A DNA stretch of 64,000 bases from a virus. Position 1 is the first letter of the stretch; the number at the start of each line of letters is the position of its first letter. Location: the IMG/VR virus record IMGVR_UViG_3300025326_000025; one strand, given 5' to 3'. Below are positions 20,307-27,418 of the stretch, piece after piece. Below the pieces are notes generated by a model. It was not told the DNA's origin. It did no database searches and saw only the letters and a program-made list of their open reading frames with translations. The position numbers were made by a program, and so were the translations under genes.

Positions 20307-20316
20307 TGGTTGATGG
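20307..20316 (-). promoter_or_regulatory. CCANNAACCA motif sharing its CCA with tRNA-Asn
   Basis: CCATCAACCA, 33 nt before ATG 20274. Confidence 0.6.
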
Positions 20317-20388
20317 CGCAGCCGCGCGGAATCGAACCGCGACCTTCGGCTTAACAGGCCGATGCACGCACCCTCGTGCTACGGCTGC
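20314..20388 (-). tRNA. tRNA-Asn(GUU)
   Basis: GCAGCCG/CGGCTGC acceptor, TCGGC-CTGTTAA-GCCGA anticodon arm, GGTTCGATTCC T-arm; CCA encoded. Confidence 0.92.
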
Positions 20389-20391
20389 GTG

Positions 20392-20464
20392 TGGGACGGG
20401 CCCGGTTCGAACGGGCATCTTCGGTTCTGGAGACCGACCGGCTACCGATTGCCGACACCGTCCC
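20392..20464 (-). tRNA. tRNA-Trp(CCA), intronless
   Basis: GGGACGG/CCGTCCC acceptor, TCGGT-CTCCAGA-ACCGA, TTCGAAC T-loop. Confidence 0.88.
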
Positions 20465-20465
20465 A

Positions 20466-20536
20466 GGCCACAGGCGCGAGTCGAACGCGCGTCTCGGGGA
20501 CCACAACCCCGCGTCCTTCCGTTAGACGACCGTGGC
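20466..20536 (-). tRNA. tRNA-His(GUG), no encoded G-1
   Basis: GCCACGG/CTGTGGC acceptor, C73, CGGGG-TTGTGGT-CCCCG; base -1 is T. Confidence 0.9.
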
Positions 20537-20537
20537 A

Positions 20538-20608
20538 TAGTGCCGCCCTGAATCGAACAAGGATTTCCGGGTCCAGGGCCCGGCGTCTTTCCGTTAGACG
20601 ACGGCACT
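20538..20608 (-). tRNA. tRNA-Gln(CUG), atypical C33
   Basis: A1-U72 (archaeal Gln hallmark), CCGGG-CCCTGGA-CCCGG. Confidence 0.85.
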
Positions 20609-20609
20609 A

Positions 20610-20680
20610 TGGGCCATGACGGAGTCGAACCGCCTCGTCCGAGTTCCAGGCTCGGGATGCTGCCGTTACATCAAAGGCCC
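20610..20680 (-). tRNA. tRNA-Pro(UGG)-like, atypical C33 and A37
   Basis: GGGCCTT/ATGGCCC (U6.U67 mismatch), CCGAG-CCTGGAA-CTCGG, GGTTCGACTCC. Confidence 0.75.
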
Positions 20681-20688
20681 CTTCGCGA

Positions 20689-20762
20689 AGCCACCGGAGG
20701 GAATCGAACCCCCGTCCTCCCGCTTACAGGGCGGGTACTCGGCCAACGTGAGCTTCGGTGGC
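20689..20762 (-). tRNA. tRNA-Thr(UGU), atypical C33 and A8
   Basis: GCCACCG/CGGTGGC with U73, CCCGC-CCTGTAA-GCGGG, GGTTCGATTCC. Confidence 0.83.
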
Positions 20763-20765
20763 ATG

Positions 20766-20838
20766 TGGAGACGCCCGGAATCGGACCGGGATCATCGGAT
20801 CTTCAGTCCGGCGCTCTACCAGATTGAGCTACGTCTCC
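20766..20838 (-). tRNA. tRNA-Phe(GAA), T-loop TCCGATT
   Basis: GGAGACG/CGTCTCC, TAGCTCAATCTGGTAGAGC D-arm, loop CTGAAGA; C55 and C27.A43 deviations. Confidence 0.85.
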
Positions 20839-20843
20839 GCGGA

Positions 20844-20915
20844 TGGAGCCGGAGGGAGTCGAACCCTCACCACCTACTTGCAAGGCAGGTATGCTTCCGT
20901 TAGCACCACGGTCCC
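20844..20915 (-). tRNA. tRNA-Ala(UGC)
   Basis: G3.U70 identity pair, loop CTTGCAA, GGTTCGACTCC; A4.C69 mismatch. Confidence 0.88.
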
Positions 20916-20924
20916 ACGGCGGCC

Positions 20925-21161
20925 CTACAGGCCGCAGCGCGCGCGTACGCCGTACGCCTTGGCTTGGTCCGGGAGATCCGGGCAGGCGGCGTGGGCCCAC
21001 CCTGGCGGCGTTGCAGGAGGGGTTGGCGGGGGCGTCGTGGGCGGGGGCACGATTGGCGGTGCGGGCGCCTGGGACGTGAGCAGGACATACGCTACGTAGG
21101 CGATCAGGGCGGCGATTGCCACGGCGGCAACGACGAGCACGATGCGTTCGCGTCGGTACAT
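20925..21161 (-). CDS. Membrane-anchored Pro-rich small protein (78 aa)
   Basis: MYRRER, then a TM helix, then a PPPTTPPP linker and two Cys; start reassigned to ATG 21161. Confidence 0.65.
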   Translation of the reverse strand: MYRRERIVLVVAAVAIAALIAYVAYVLLTSQAPAPPIVPPPTTPPPTPPATPPGWAHAACPDLPDQAKAYGVRARCGL

Positions 21162-21184
21162 GGAACACCCCGAGGTTCGAGGAA

Positions 21185-22015
21185 CTATTTGAAGTTCATG
21201 TCGTGGTTCGTGGCTGCGCGCTGTTTCGCATACAGGACGAACGGGTCCGGATCGCGGATCATTCGGTAGCCGAGATTGGCGGCCGCGCTGTTCACGCGGG
21301 CGTCGCGTTCCGCCTGCGCCGTCCGCCACGGGCCGTGACCCCCCGCGCCATCCAGCTCGAGGATGACCGCGAGATCGCGGACGGTCCCGTCACGCACACC
21401 GGGAACGCCTTCAACGACCTGCTGGAACCGGAAGCCGAGGCGCGTCGCCGGGTCCGAGATGACATGGGCGAGCCATACCCTCTCGTTGGACGTCGGGCGG
21501 CGGGCGAGCGAGGCTGCGAGCTTGCGATGGAACGCGGGGTCTTTGTGCCGTTCCTTCATCGAACGGCTCACGCCGTCGTGGCGGGACCGGATAAAGACGG
21601 GATTGGCGTTGTGGACCTTCATCCGGTCGCTGGCGGCCTTGTCCCACGATGGGTCAAATCGGAGCCGCGTCATCGTTCTGCGTGATCTTTGTTTGGCTGC
21701 CGCCGCGAACGCAGGGTTCTTGTGTAATCGTTTCATTCGACGACTCGATGCCTCGCGTCTTTTCTTCACGAAGTCGGGATCCGCGTTCAGTCTGTTTATC
21801 GTTCGCCGGGCCGATTCGGACTGTATCATGCGTCTTCGCGGATCTTCGCTCCAAGCCTCCGACATGGATCGACCGATTCCCGCCTTCTTGACCCATTTGT
21901 ACACGGCGCTCAATGACACGCCGACGGAATCGGACACCGATTCTAGACTCTTTCCGGACGCGTAGAGTTCGAGCGCTCTGTTTCTTATTCCGTCTGAGTA
22001 GGCACGGCGTGTCAT
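21185..22015 (-). CDS. Free-standing homing-endonuclease-like protein (HTH + basic NUMOD-like repeats + DUF559/Vsr-like nuclease)
   Basis: N-terminal HTH (ALELYASG.SLESVS..VGVS..AVYKWV); repeated S..MK..H.DP.F units; C-terminal PTSNE...FRFQ...D.AVILELDG..H...RD. Confidence 0.7.
   Translation of the reverse strand: MTRRAYSDGIRNRALELYASGKSLESVSDSVGVSLSAVYKWVKKAGIGRSMSEAWSEDPRRRMIQSESARRTINRLNADPDFVKKRREASSRRMKRLHKNPAFAAAAKQRSRRTMTRLRFDPSWDKAASDRMKVHNANPVFIRSRHDGVSRSMKERHKDPAFHRKLAASLARRPTSNERVWLAHVISDPATRLGFRFQQVVEGVPGVRDGTVRDLAVILELDGAGGHGPWRTAQAERDARVNSAAANLGYRMIRDPDPFVLYAKQRAATNHDMNFK
21204..21213 (-). promoter_or_regulatory. CCANNAACCA motif
   Basis: CCACGAACCA upstream of 21161 and the tRNA array. 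Confidence 0.6.
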
Positions 22016-22039
22016 CGTCCCCGCAATGGCGACGAAGGT

Positions 22040-22048
22040 ATGTAAAAC
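22040..22048 (-). promoter_or_regulatory. TATA-like box of the endonuclease gene
   Basis: TTTTACATA ending about 25 nt upstream of ATG 22015. Confidence 0.45.
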
Positions 22049-22054
22049 TATCCG

Positions 22055-22540
22055 TCACGTAAAGGAGACAGTATATACAATATTCAAAGTGTCCGCCGTG
22101 CTCAGGACGATCTGCGAGAACGTCCCGGCGCACAGGAACAGGTCCGACACCGTGTTGTAGAGCCACGCGCTCGAGATGGACGCGGCGATCCCCGTGTGCG
22201 AGGACGAGGCCTGGTACACGCCCGTCGAATTGAAGGCGAACGTGTTCGACTGCGTGTGCTTCGGTCCGACCGGTCCGCCTTCCGGCGTCGCGGAGTCCGA
22301 CGCGATCACCGTCCAGGCGAATCCTTCGCGGCCCGTGAGACCCGTCTTCCCGGACAGGGTCGTGAGCTGGTTCTTGCCCTCGTTCTGCACCGCGTTCCGG
22401 ACGTCACGGATTTCCACGACGCCCGCGCGAGCGATCCCACCGTGGAGCGGACACGCGGCCCCCGGGCATACGACCTCGGCGTGAATGTCGCCGCGGAAGC
22501 GGATGACGTTGTCCAACGAGGGACTGAATGCACTCGACAT
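22055..22540 (-). CDS. Tail-collar/fibre-base-like protein, paralog 3
   Basis: RNAVQNEG...SSSHTG...FSQIVLSTADTLNIVYTVSF. Confidence 0.6.
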   Translation of the reverse strand: MSSAFSPSLDNVIRFRGDIHAEVVCPGAACPLHGGIARAGVVEIRDVRNAVQNEGKNQLTTLSGKTGLTGREGFAWTVIASDSATPEGGPVGPKHTQSNTFAFNSTGVYQASSSHTGIAASISSAWLYNTVSDLFLCAGTFSQIVLSTADTLNIVYTVSFT

Positions 22541-22561
22541 GGCGTTCCCTACCTCACCCTT

Positions 22562-22571
22562 TGGTTCATGG
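22562..22571 (-). promoter_or_regulatory. CCANNAACCA motif
   Basis: CCATGAACCA, 22 nt before ATG 22540. Confidence 0.65.
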
Positions 22572-22576
22572 TGGCC

Positions 22577-24763
22577 TCACAGGCCGAACCGCGCCAGTTC
22601 CTTGCTGATGTCGTCCCTCGAGGCGTCGTAGAAGTTGAAGTTCAATGTACCGCCGTGCATCCCGCCGGAGATTGTCGTCCCGGCGGCAACGGCTCCGGCG
22701 CCCCCCATCCCCAAGCGGAACCCGAGGATCCCACGGTTCTCCTCGGCCGTGAGGACGCGTTCGCCGCGATGGAGCATGAACGCCCCCGTCTCGGTCACGA
22801 AATCCGTGCCCATCTGCAACGACCGATTCTCGCTCGATGTGAGCAAAGCGCGGAAAGCATCCGGGAAGGCCGACAAATTATGCAAACCCGATAGAAGTGC
22901 ATCGAAGCTCCTTCTCGAGTCTAGGTTGGCGAGGACATCCATGAGTTCACGGTTCTCCTCGGCCGTGAGGACGCGTTCGCCGAGGTGCAGGCGATACATC
23001 CCGGTCTCCTCGACGAAGGGCGTGCCCTCTTGGAAGCTCTTTCCGGCGGTGGCAGCGATGTATGTCCCGACACCAGCGAGAGCGGCAGCCATGATGGCGA
23101 TGGCTGGGATTGTGCCCACGAATAGGGTCCGGCCCGATATCTCCGCGAGGGCCACGGCGAATTGCGCGGCTGCGAGGCCCCACGCGGCCGCTGTCAGGAC
23201 CGAATAGAGGGCCGCCTGTTCCTTGCTCGTCGCGCTCATCGCGGCCATCATCAAGGCTACGCCGCTGACGGCCGCGCCGACGCCGACCATCGCGGCACGC
23301 ATGGCGACCGCGCGCCGGTTCAGGGTGTTGAACCAGTTGTCGACGTCGCCCATCGTAGGTACGAGCTGCGTCGCCATCATCAGTCGGAGTTTTCCGAACG
23401 CCGCGACCATATCCAGGATCGTCTTAATCGGCAGGATCCTGTTGAACAGGGCGAACAGGATGATCATGTTCTGGACCGGCTGTGGGAGAGAGAGGAACGC
23501 CTTCACGAGTCCGAGGAATACCTGCGAAAAGGCGTTCCACACGGGGAGCATGTTCACGACGATGCGCAGGAGACCTTGGAGGAGTTCCAAGAGTTGCGGG
23601 AGGTTCGCCGCGAAGTCCCGGATGACGGTCACGAGGATCTCCCGGAACACCGGCGCCGACGCCGTGATGATGTCCTTGAGTTCCGTGAGTACATCCGAAA
23701 GGGCCTCAACGACTTCCGGTGTTCGGATGCCCCCCACGAAGGTCTGAACGACCTGCTGCCATTGCGACTGTAGCGTGTCCGCCGTCTCTCCCGCAACCTC
23801 CGCGAGTGCTCCCTGAGAGTTCGTGATTGCGTCGATGGACCCGGGTAGGCGGTCGGCGTTGAGGAGAAGGAACGCGAGGGCACGTGCGCCCCTACGCTCC
23901 ATGAAGCCGAAGAACTCCGCGAGCTGATCGACGTCGATCGAGACATCAAGACGGTCAAACGCCTCTACGAGCGCCAACAGGTTCAGGCGTCCGTCCTCGA
24001 TGATGTTCACGCCGAGGCCGAGGGAGTCGGCCCATGCCTGTGCCTGGTCCGCGTTCTGGATGAGGCTCACGATCATCTGGTCGATGCCACGCGCCGAGAT
24101 CCCGGCCTGCTGCCCGGCGTTCACGAGCTGCACCATGAGGGCCAAGAACTCCTCCATGGTTCCGCCCGCGAGCTGAATCGTCCCCGCGGCGAATCCGAAG
24201 GCCCGGCCGAAGTCCTCGACGTCCAAGAGCGAGATGTTCGCCGCCACCTGGAGCTTGTCGAACACCTCGACGGCCGTGAGACCCTGTGCGGCGAACGCGG
24301 TCGTCGCGACGACGTATGCCCGGGCGGCCGTCTCCCACGAGATCCCGTTCGCCAGGACAGCTTGCGTGGCGACGTCGATGATGTCGATGATCTCGCGGCC
24401 TGTGAGGCCGGCCTTGGCGAGGATGAGTGCACCCTGCGCAATCTCGTCTCCGGCGACGCCCCACGACGCAGCCGCGACGTTGATGGCGTCGTTCAGCTCC
24501 CACATCTGAGTTTCCGTCAAGCCCCCGATGACGGCCGTCTGGCGCAGGGCGAACTCGTAGTTGCGGAGGGCCCCGATGGCGATTCCGACGACGGCCGCCT
24601 GCCCGGCGAAGGCGATGCCCCCCGCGATCGCGACCCGCCGGGCGGTGTCTCCGATGCCTCCGGTGATCGTCGCCATGGACGCACGCCATTGGGCCTGGAA
24701 CCGCGCGAGTTCGGCCTCCGCTTGGGAAGCGTCCGCCGTGATGAAGATATCCGCCTCGGCCAT
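22577..24763 (-). CDS. Tape measure protein (TP901-type core, 728 aa)
   Basis: A-S-W-G-V..E.A.G...LAKAG, LQVAAN.S..D...G, AGQQAG...RG motifs; Ala-rich helical; TM-like central part. Confidence 0.9.
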   Translation of the reverse strand: MAEADIFITADASQAEAELARFQAQWRASMATITGGIGDTARRVAIAGGIAFAGQAAVVGIAIGALRNYEFALRQTAVIGGLTETQMWELNDAINVAAASWGVAGDEIAQGALILAKAGLTGREIIDIIDVATQAVLANGISWETAARAYVVATTAFAAQGLTAVEVFDKLQVAANISLLDVEDFGRAFGFAAGTIQLAGGTMEEFLALMVQLVNAGQQAGISARGIDQMIVSLIQNADQAQAWADSLGLGVNIIEDGRLNLLALVEAFDRLDVSIDVDQLAEFFGFMERRGARALAFLLLNADRLPGSIDAITNSQGALAEVAGETADTLQSQWQQVVQTFVGGIRTPEVVEALSDVLTELKDIITASAPVFREILVTVIRDFAANLPQLLELLQGLLRIVVNMLPVWNAFSQVFLGLVKAFLSLPQPVQNMIILFALFNRILPIKTILDMVAAFGKLRLMMATQLVPTMGDVDNWFNTLNRRAVAMRAAMVGVGAAVSGVALMMAAMSATSKEQAALYSVLTAAAWGLAAAQFAVALAEISGRTLFVGTIPAIAIMAAALAGVGTYIAATAGKSFQEGTPFVEETGMYRLHLGERVLTAEENRELMDVLANLDSRRSFDALLSGLHNLSAFPDAFRALLTSSENRSLQMGTDFVTETGAFMLHRGERVLTAEENRGILGFRLGMGGAGAVAAGTTISGGMHGGTLNFNFYDASRDDISKELARFGL
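22732..22982. repeat. 35-bp exact direct repeat inside the tape measure C-terminus
   Basis: CACGGTTCTCCTCGGCCGTGAGGACGCGTTCGCCG at 22732-22766 and 22948-22982 (encodes GERVLTAEENR twice). Confidence 0.9.
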
Positions 24764-24777
24764 CTCAGCTCACACGG

Positions 24778-24787
24778 TGGTTCGTGG
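24778..24787 (-). promoter_or_regulatory. CCANNAACCA motif
   Basis: CCACGAACCA, 15 nt before the tape measure ATG. Confidence 0.68.
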
Positions 24788-24799
24788 CGGTCGTTACCA

Positions 24800-24812
24800 T
24801 TAAGTAGTTGCC
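24800..24812 (+). promoter_or_regulatory. TATA-GTTGCC promoter of the inverted cassette
   Basis: TTAAGTAGTTGCC about 23 nt before GTG 24829. Confidence 0.7.
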
Positions 24813-24828
24813 CGCGTTTACCGAGAAC

Positions 24829-25026
24829 GTGGCCGACTCGGATGCGGTCGTTCTCGTCTTGGCGGTCCTCGGTTTGATCCTCGTCTTGTTCGCGGTCGGG
24901 CCGCTTCTCCTTCTCTGGTGCATCTACACGATTCTCGGGATGCCCATCCAACTGAGCCTTGAACGTTACGTCGCGGCGCTCCTCCTCATCCTATTCTTCG
25001 GCGTCAGTTTCCTCAAGAGCAAGTGA
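24829..25026 (+). CDS. Small two-TM membrane protein
   Basis: Highly hydrophobic; probable leaderless GTG start. Confidence 0.6.
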   Translation: MADSDAVVLVLAVLGLILVLFAVGPLLLLWCIYTILGMPIQLSLERYVAALLLILFFGVSFLKSK

Positions 25027-25031
25027 TTCGC

Positions 25032-25697
25032 ATGAACGTGAAACAGATAACGGTGGATCAGCAGACGGCGCAACGTGAGTACGAGGCCTACCGCGAGGCT
25101 CTCAAGACGAAGAAGGACGCGTTCCTGCACGACCTGAAGGTCGCGTACGGGCACATGCGGCACGGCCGGTCCGTCCTGGATGTGTGGCAAGCCTTCGCAG
25201 ATACCGGGCTCGACGCGAACGGCGACCCGAAGATCGCAATCGCGCGGGCGGACTGGCGCGAGGTCCGTTTCCGGAAGTTCAACGAACCCTACGGCTGGTG
25301 GACGGACATCGGCTTCCAAGGCATCTTCTCCGACAAGGATCGGACGCCGCATCCGTCTTGGAACGGAAGGACACGTCAGATTGTCGATATGGCGGCGAAG
25401 GACGATGTCACCGTTCCGAAGGGCACATGGAGATATCCCACGGAGGTCACGGTCGTGAACGGTCGTCCTCTGCGCGAGAGATTAAGGACGATCGTCCCGG
25501 TCGTACCGGCGCGCTTCCTCCCGAACCACGCCCTCGCGAACTACCACATCCTGTGGGAGGTCGAGAAGTGGGATGTCGTGACGCCGCCGCGGGATCCATT
25601 CCTGCTCAAGCGCGTCAGCCCGAACATCTTCGTCGTCCTCGCCGGTTGGGACCTGACGCCCGTCGAGCGCGCGGTCCTGCGTGGGCGGATCGCCTAG
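25032..25697 (+). CDS. Hypothetical protein (221 aa), antisense to the tail operon
   Basis: Globular-looking ORF with C-terminal PRDPFLL...FVVLAGWD; converges on 25694. Confidence 0.8.
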   Translation: MNVKQITVDQQTAQREYEAYREALKTKKDAFLHDLKVAYGHMRHGRSVLDVWQAFADTGLDANGDPKIAIARADWREVRFRKFNEPYGWWTDIGFQGIFSDKDRTPHPSWNGRTRQIVDMAAKDDVTVPKGTWRYPTEVTVVNGRPLRERLRTIVPVVPARFLPNHALANYHILWEVEKWDVVTPPRDPFLLKRVSPNIFVVLAGWDLTPVERAVLRGRIA

Positions 25698-26611
25698 ATG
25701 ATGCTTCCCCATACCCGGTAGCGAATCCGACGACGCACGGCTTTCCGTGTCAGGCCGTACTGACCGAGCATGTAGTTCCGTACGAACGTCTCGGACGATC
25801 GAGACGTCCACGTTCCCTTGAACACACTCCGGATGTCCCCCGCGAGCGCGACGTACCGGAGCAACTGGTTCGGCGGCACGAGGAGCCACGCCCAGAACCC
25901 GAATCCTGGAAGGAGAGACGCCTTCACGCGCCCGACGTCCGACTCGAACCGCTGCGGCGGGATTCCGTACTTCTTGGGCTTCCGGAGCATGTCCCGCTTC
26001 ACCGCGATCCACGCGCGCATGAGATTGTCGATCTGATCCCTCGAGTCCTCGATGCCGTCCGCGACGAAGGAACGCTGCGGCACGTGGGGATTCAGGCCGA
26101 GTTCGTGGACGGCCACGTAGGGAGCATTCTCGAAGGACCTCGGATCCAGCACAATCTGCATCCCGAGGCGCGTCCGGACCACGTACACGCGCAAGCGATC
26201 CTCGACGTCCCCTCGGAGGGTGAGCCACCATTGGAGTTCCGCACGCGGACCGAGGCCGTACGGCGTCCCCTCCCGGATCTTACGCAGGATGGTCGATGTC
26301 GCGAGTTCGGGCCAGCGTACCGGCCCCGTGTAGTACGCCTTCCGGATGTTCTCCTCGATGATGTCGGCAATCATCTTTCCGATGAGGGGCCACTCCCTGT
26401 CCATCGTCGCGCGCATGGCCTGGAGCGACGGGGAGACATCCTCCGTGATGATGACACGATATCGGACAAGTTCCTTGAGACGACCGCCGAGACGGCGGCG
26501 CATCTCCTCCCCGACGAACGCCTGACGCCCGAAGAAGGAGATCCCCCCGCCCCCGAGGACGGGGAAATCCTCTCCGGGAGGACCAAGACGACCGAGATTC
26601 GGAGCCGCCAT
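25694..26611 (-). CDS. Virion morphogenesis (Mu gpG/HK97 gp10-like) tail-completion protein
   Basis: WPELATSTILRK and PYVAVHELG motifs. Confidence 0.7.
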   Translation of the reverse strand: MAAPNLGRLGPPGEDFPVLGGGGISFFGRQAFVGEEMRRRLGGRLKELVRYRVIITEDVSPSLQAMRATMDREWPLIGKMIADIIEENIRKAYYTGPVRWPELATSTILRKIREGTPYGLGPRAELQWWLTLRGDVEDRLRVYVVRTRLGMQIVLDPRSFENAPYVAVHELGLNPHVPQRSFVADGIEDSRDQIDNLMRAWIAVKRDMLRKPKKYGIPPQRFESDVGRVKASLLPGFGFWAWLLVPPNQLLRYVALAGDIRSVFKGTWTSRSSETFVRNYMLGQYGLTRKAVRRRIRYRVWGSII

Positions 26612-26626
26612 GTCATCACATGGTTC

Positions 26627-26932
26627 TTAGGGAGACTCTTCCTCGACCTTCCCGGGACGCTGCACGGGACCGCCGTAGAGCTTCGCCAACTCATCGTAAT
26701 AGGCCTCGATGGCCGGCACGGAATCGGGGTTGTCCTTGACCATCTTGTGGAGGCTCTCGTCATCCGCAGGCGGCGGATTCGCCAAGATGTCCATCCGCGC
26801 CAGGATGATCGCCGAGGCGTACAGATCGTGGACCGGGTGCTTCCGCATGTCCTCGAGGGTCCAGCCGTGCTGCAAGAGCTTGCCCGTCACTCGGACGGCA
26901 ACCCGAGAGTCGCGAGCGAAGGCAAAAAATCC
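26627..26932 (-). CDS. Frameshift extension of the tail assembly chaperone (GT product)
   Basis: Open -1 frame entered at GGATTTTTTG; TLEDMRKHPVHDLYASAIILAR is typical of T-domain helices. Confidence 0.7.
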   Translation of the reverse strand, partial: GFFAFARDSRVAVRVTGKLLQHGWTLEDMRKHPVHDLYASAIILARMDILANPPPADDESLHKMVKDNPDSVPAIEAYYDELAKLYGGPVQRPGKVEEESP

Positions 26933-27390
26933 GCTACATCCCTCTGCATGTGGTTCAGGATGAACCCCGACGTGATGATCGTGAAGTCCGGGTACTCGGC
27001 CTTGAGGCGTCTCCACACGTCTTCCGTGAGGCGGTACTTCTCGAGGATAGGGCCGTGGCAGCAGGAGTTGTTGCAGATGCCGATGCGCATGGCCTTGGAG
27101 ACCATCGCCCAGCACTTCGATTCCTGCGCACTCCACATGGCCTTCACGAACACATTCGCATCCGCATCCTCGATCCTCTTCTTCTCGGAGCGGTCCATCT
27201 GGGGTTCCTCGCCCGATTCGAGGATGGCGTAGTGCACCTTCACAGGTCCGAGGGCGTGATGCTTTACGGTGACGACATGCACCTGTTTCGAGAAAGCCAG
27301 GAGACGATCAAAGATGTTCTGGTCGTCCTCGTCCTTCTTCGCGATTTCAGGCGGAATCGTAATCGGGGTGTCGACTTCGTCGCTTACCAT
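26887..27390 (-). CDS. Tail assembly chaperone (G)
   Basis: Acidic 167-aa protein downstream of the tail tube, with a slippery site near its 3' end. Confidence 0.75.
   Translation of the reverse strand: MVSDEVDTPITIPPEIAKKDEDDQNIFDRLLAFSKQVHVVTVKHHALGPVKVHYAILESGEEPQMDRSEKKRIEDADANVFVKAMWSAQESKCWAMVSKAMRIGICNNSCCHGPILEKYRLTEDVWRRLKAEYPDFTIITSGFILNHMQRDVADFLPSLATLGLPSE
26923..26932 (-). other. Programmed -1 ribosomal frameshift site
   Basis: G GAT TTT TTG contains the overlapping heptamers GGAUUUU and UUUUUUG, 12 codons before the stop of the G ORF. Confidence 0.75.
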
Positions 27391-27407
27391 CGCATCACTT
27401 CGGAGAG

Positions 27408-27417
27408 TGGTTGTTGG
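27408..27417 (-). promoter_or_regulatory. CCANNAACCA motif
   Basis: CCAACAACCA, 18 nt before the chaperone ATG. Confidence 0.68.
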
Positions 27418-27418
27418 C

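Noticed and set aside
20148-20317. 13-bp direct repeat GATGGTTGATGGC overlapping the tRNA-Asn 3' end, resembling an att duplication
   Set aside because: Both copies are instances of the CCANNAACCA leader motif found at many genes; the enclosed 37-aa ORF has no mobility features
20538-20680. Reading the Gln, Trp or Pro tRNAs as nonsense suppressors or evidence of recoding
   Set aside because: Anticodons centred in 7-nt loops are CUG, CCA and UGG, not CUA, UCA or UUA; ORFs end normally at TAG, TGA and TAA
26627-27136. 169-aa ORF as an independent gene
   Set aside because: Its 5' half overlaps the chaperone gene out of frame; better explained as the -1 frameshift extension
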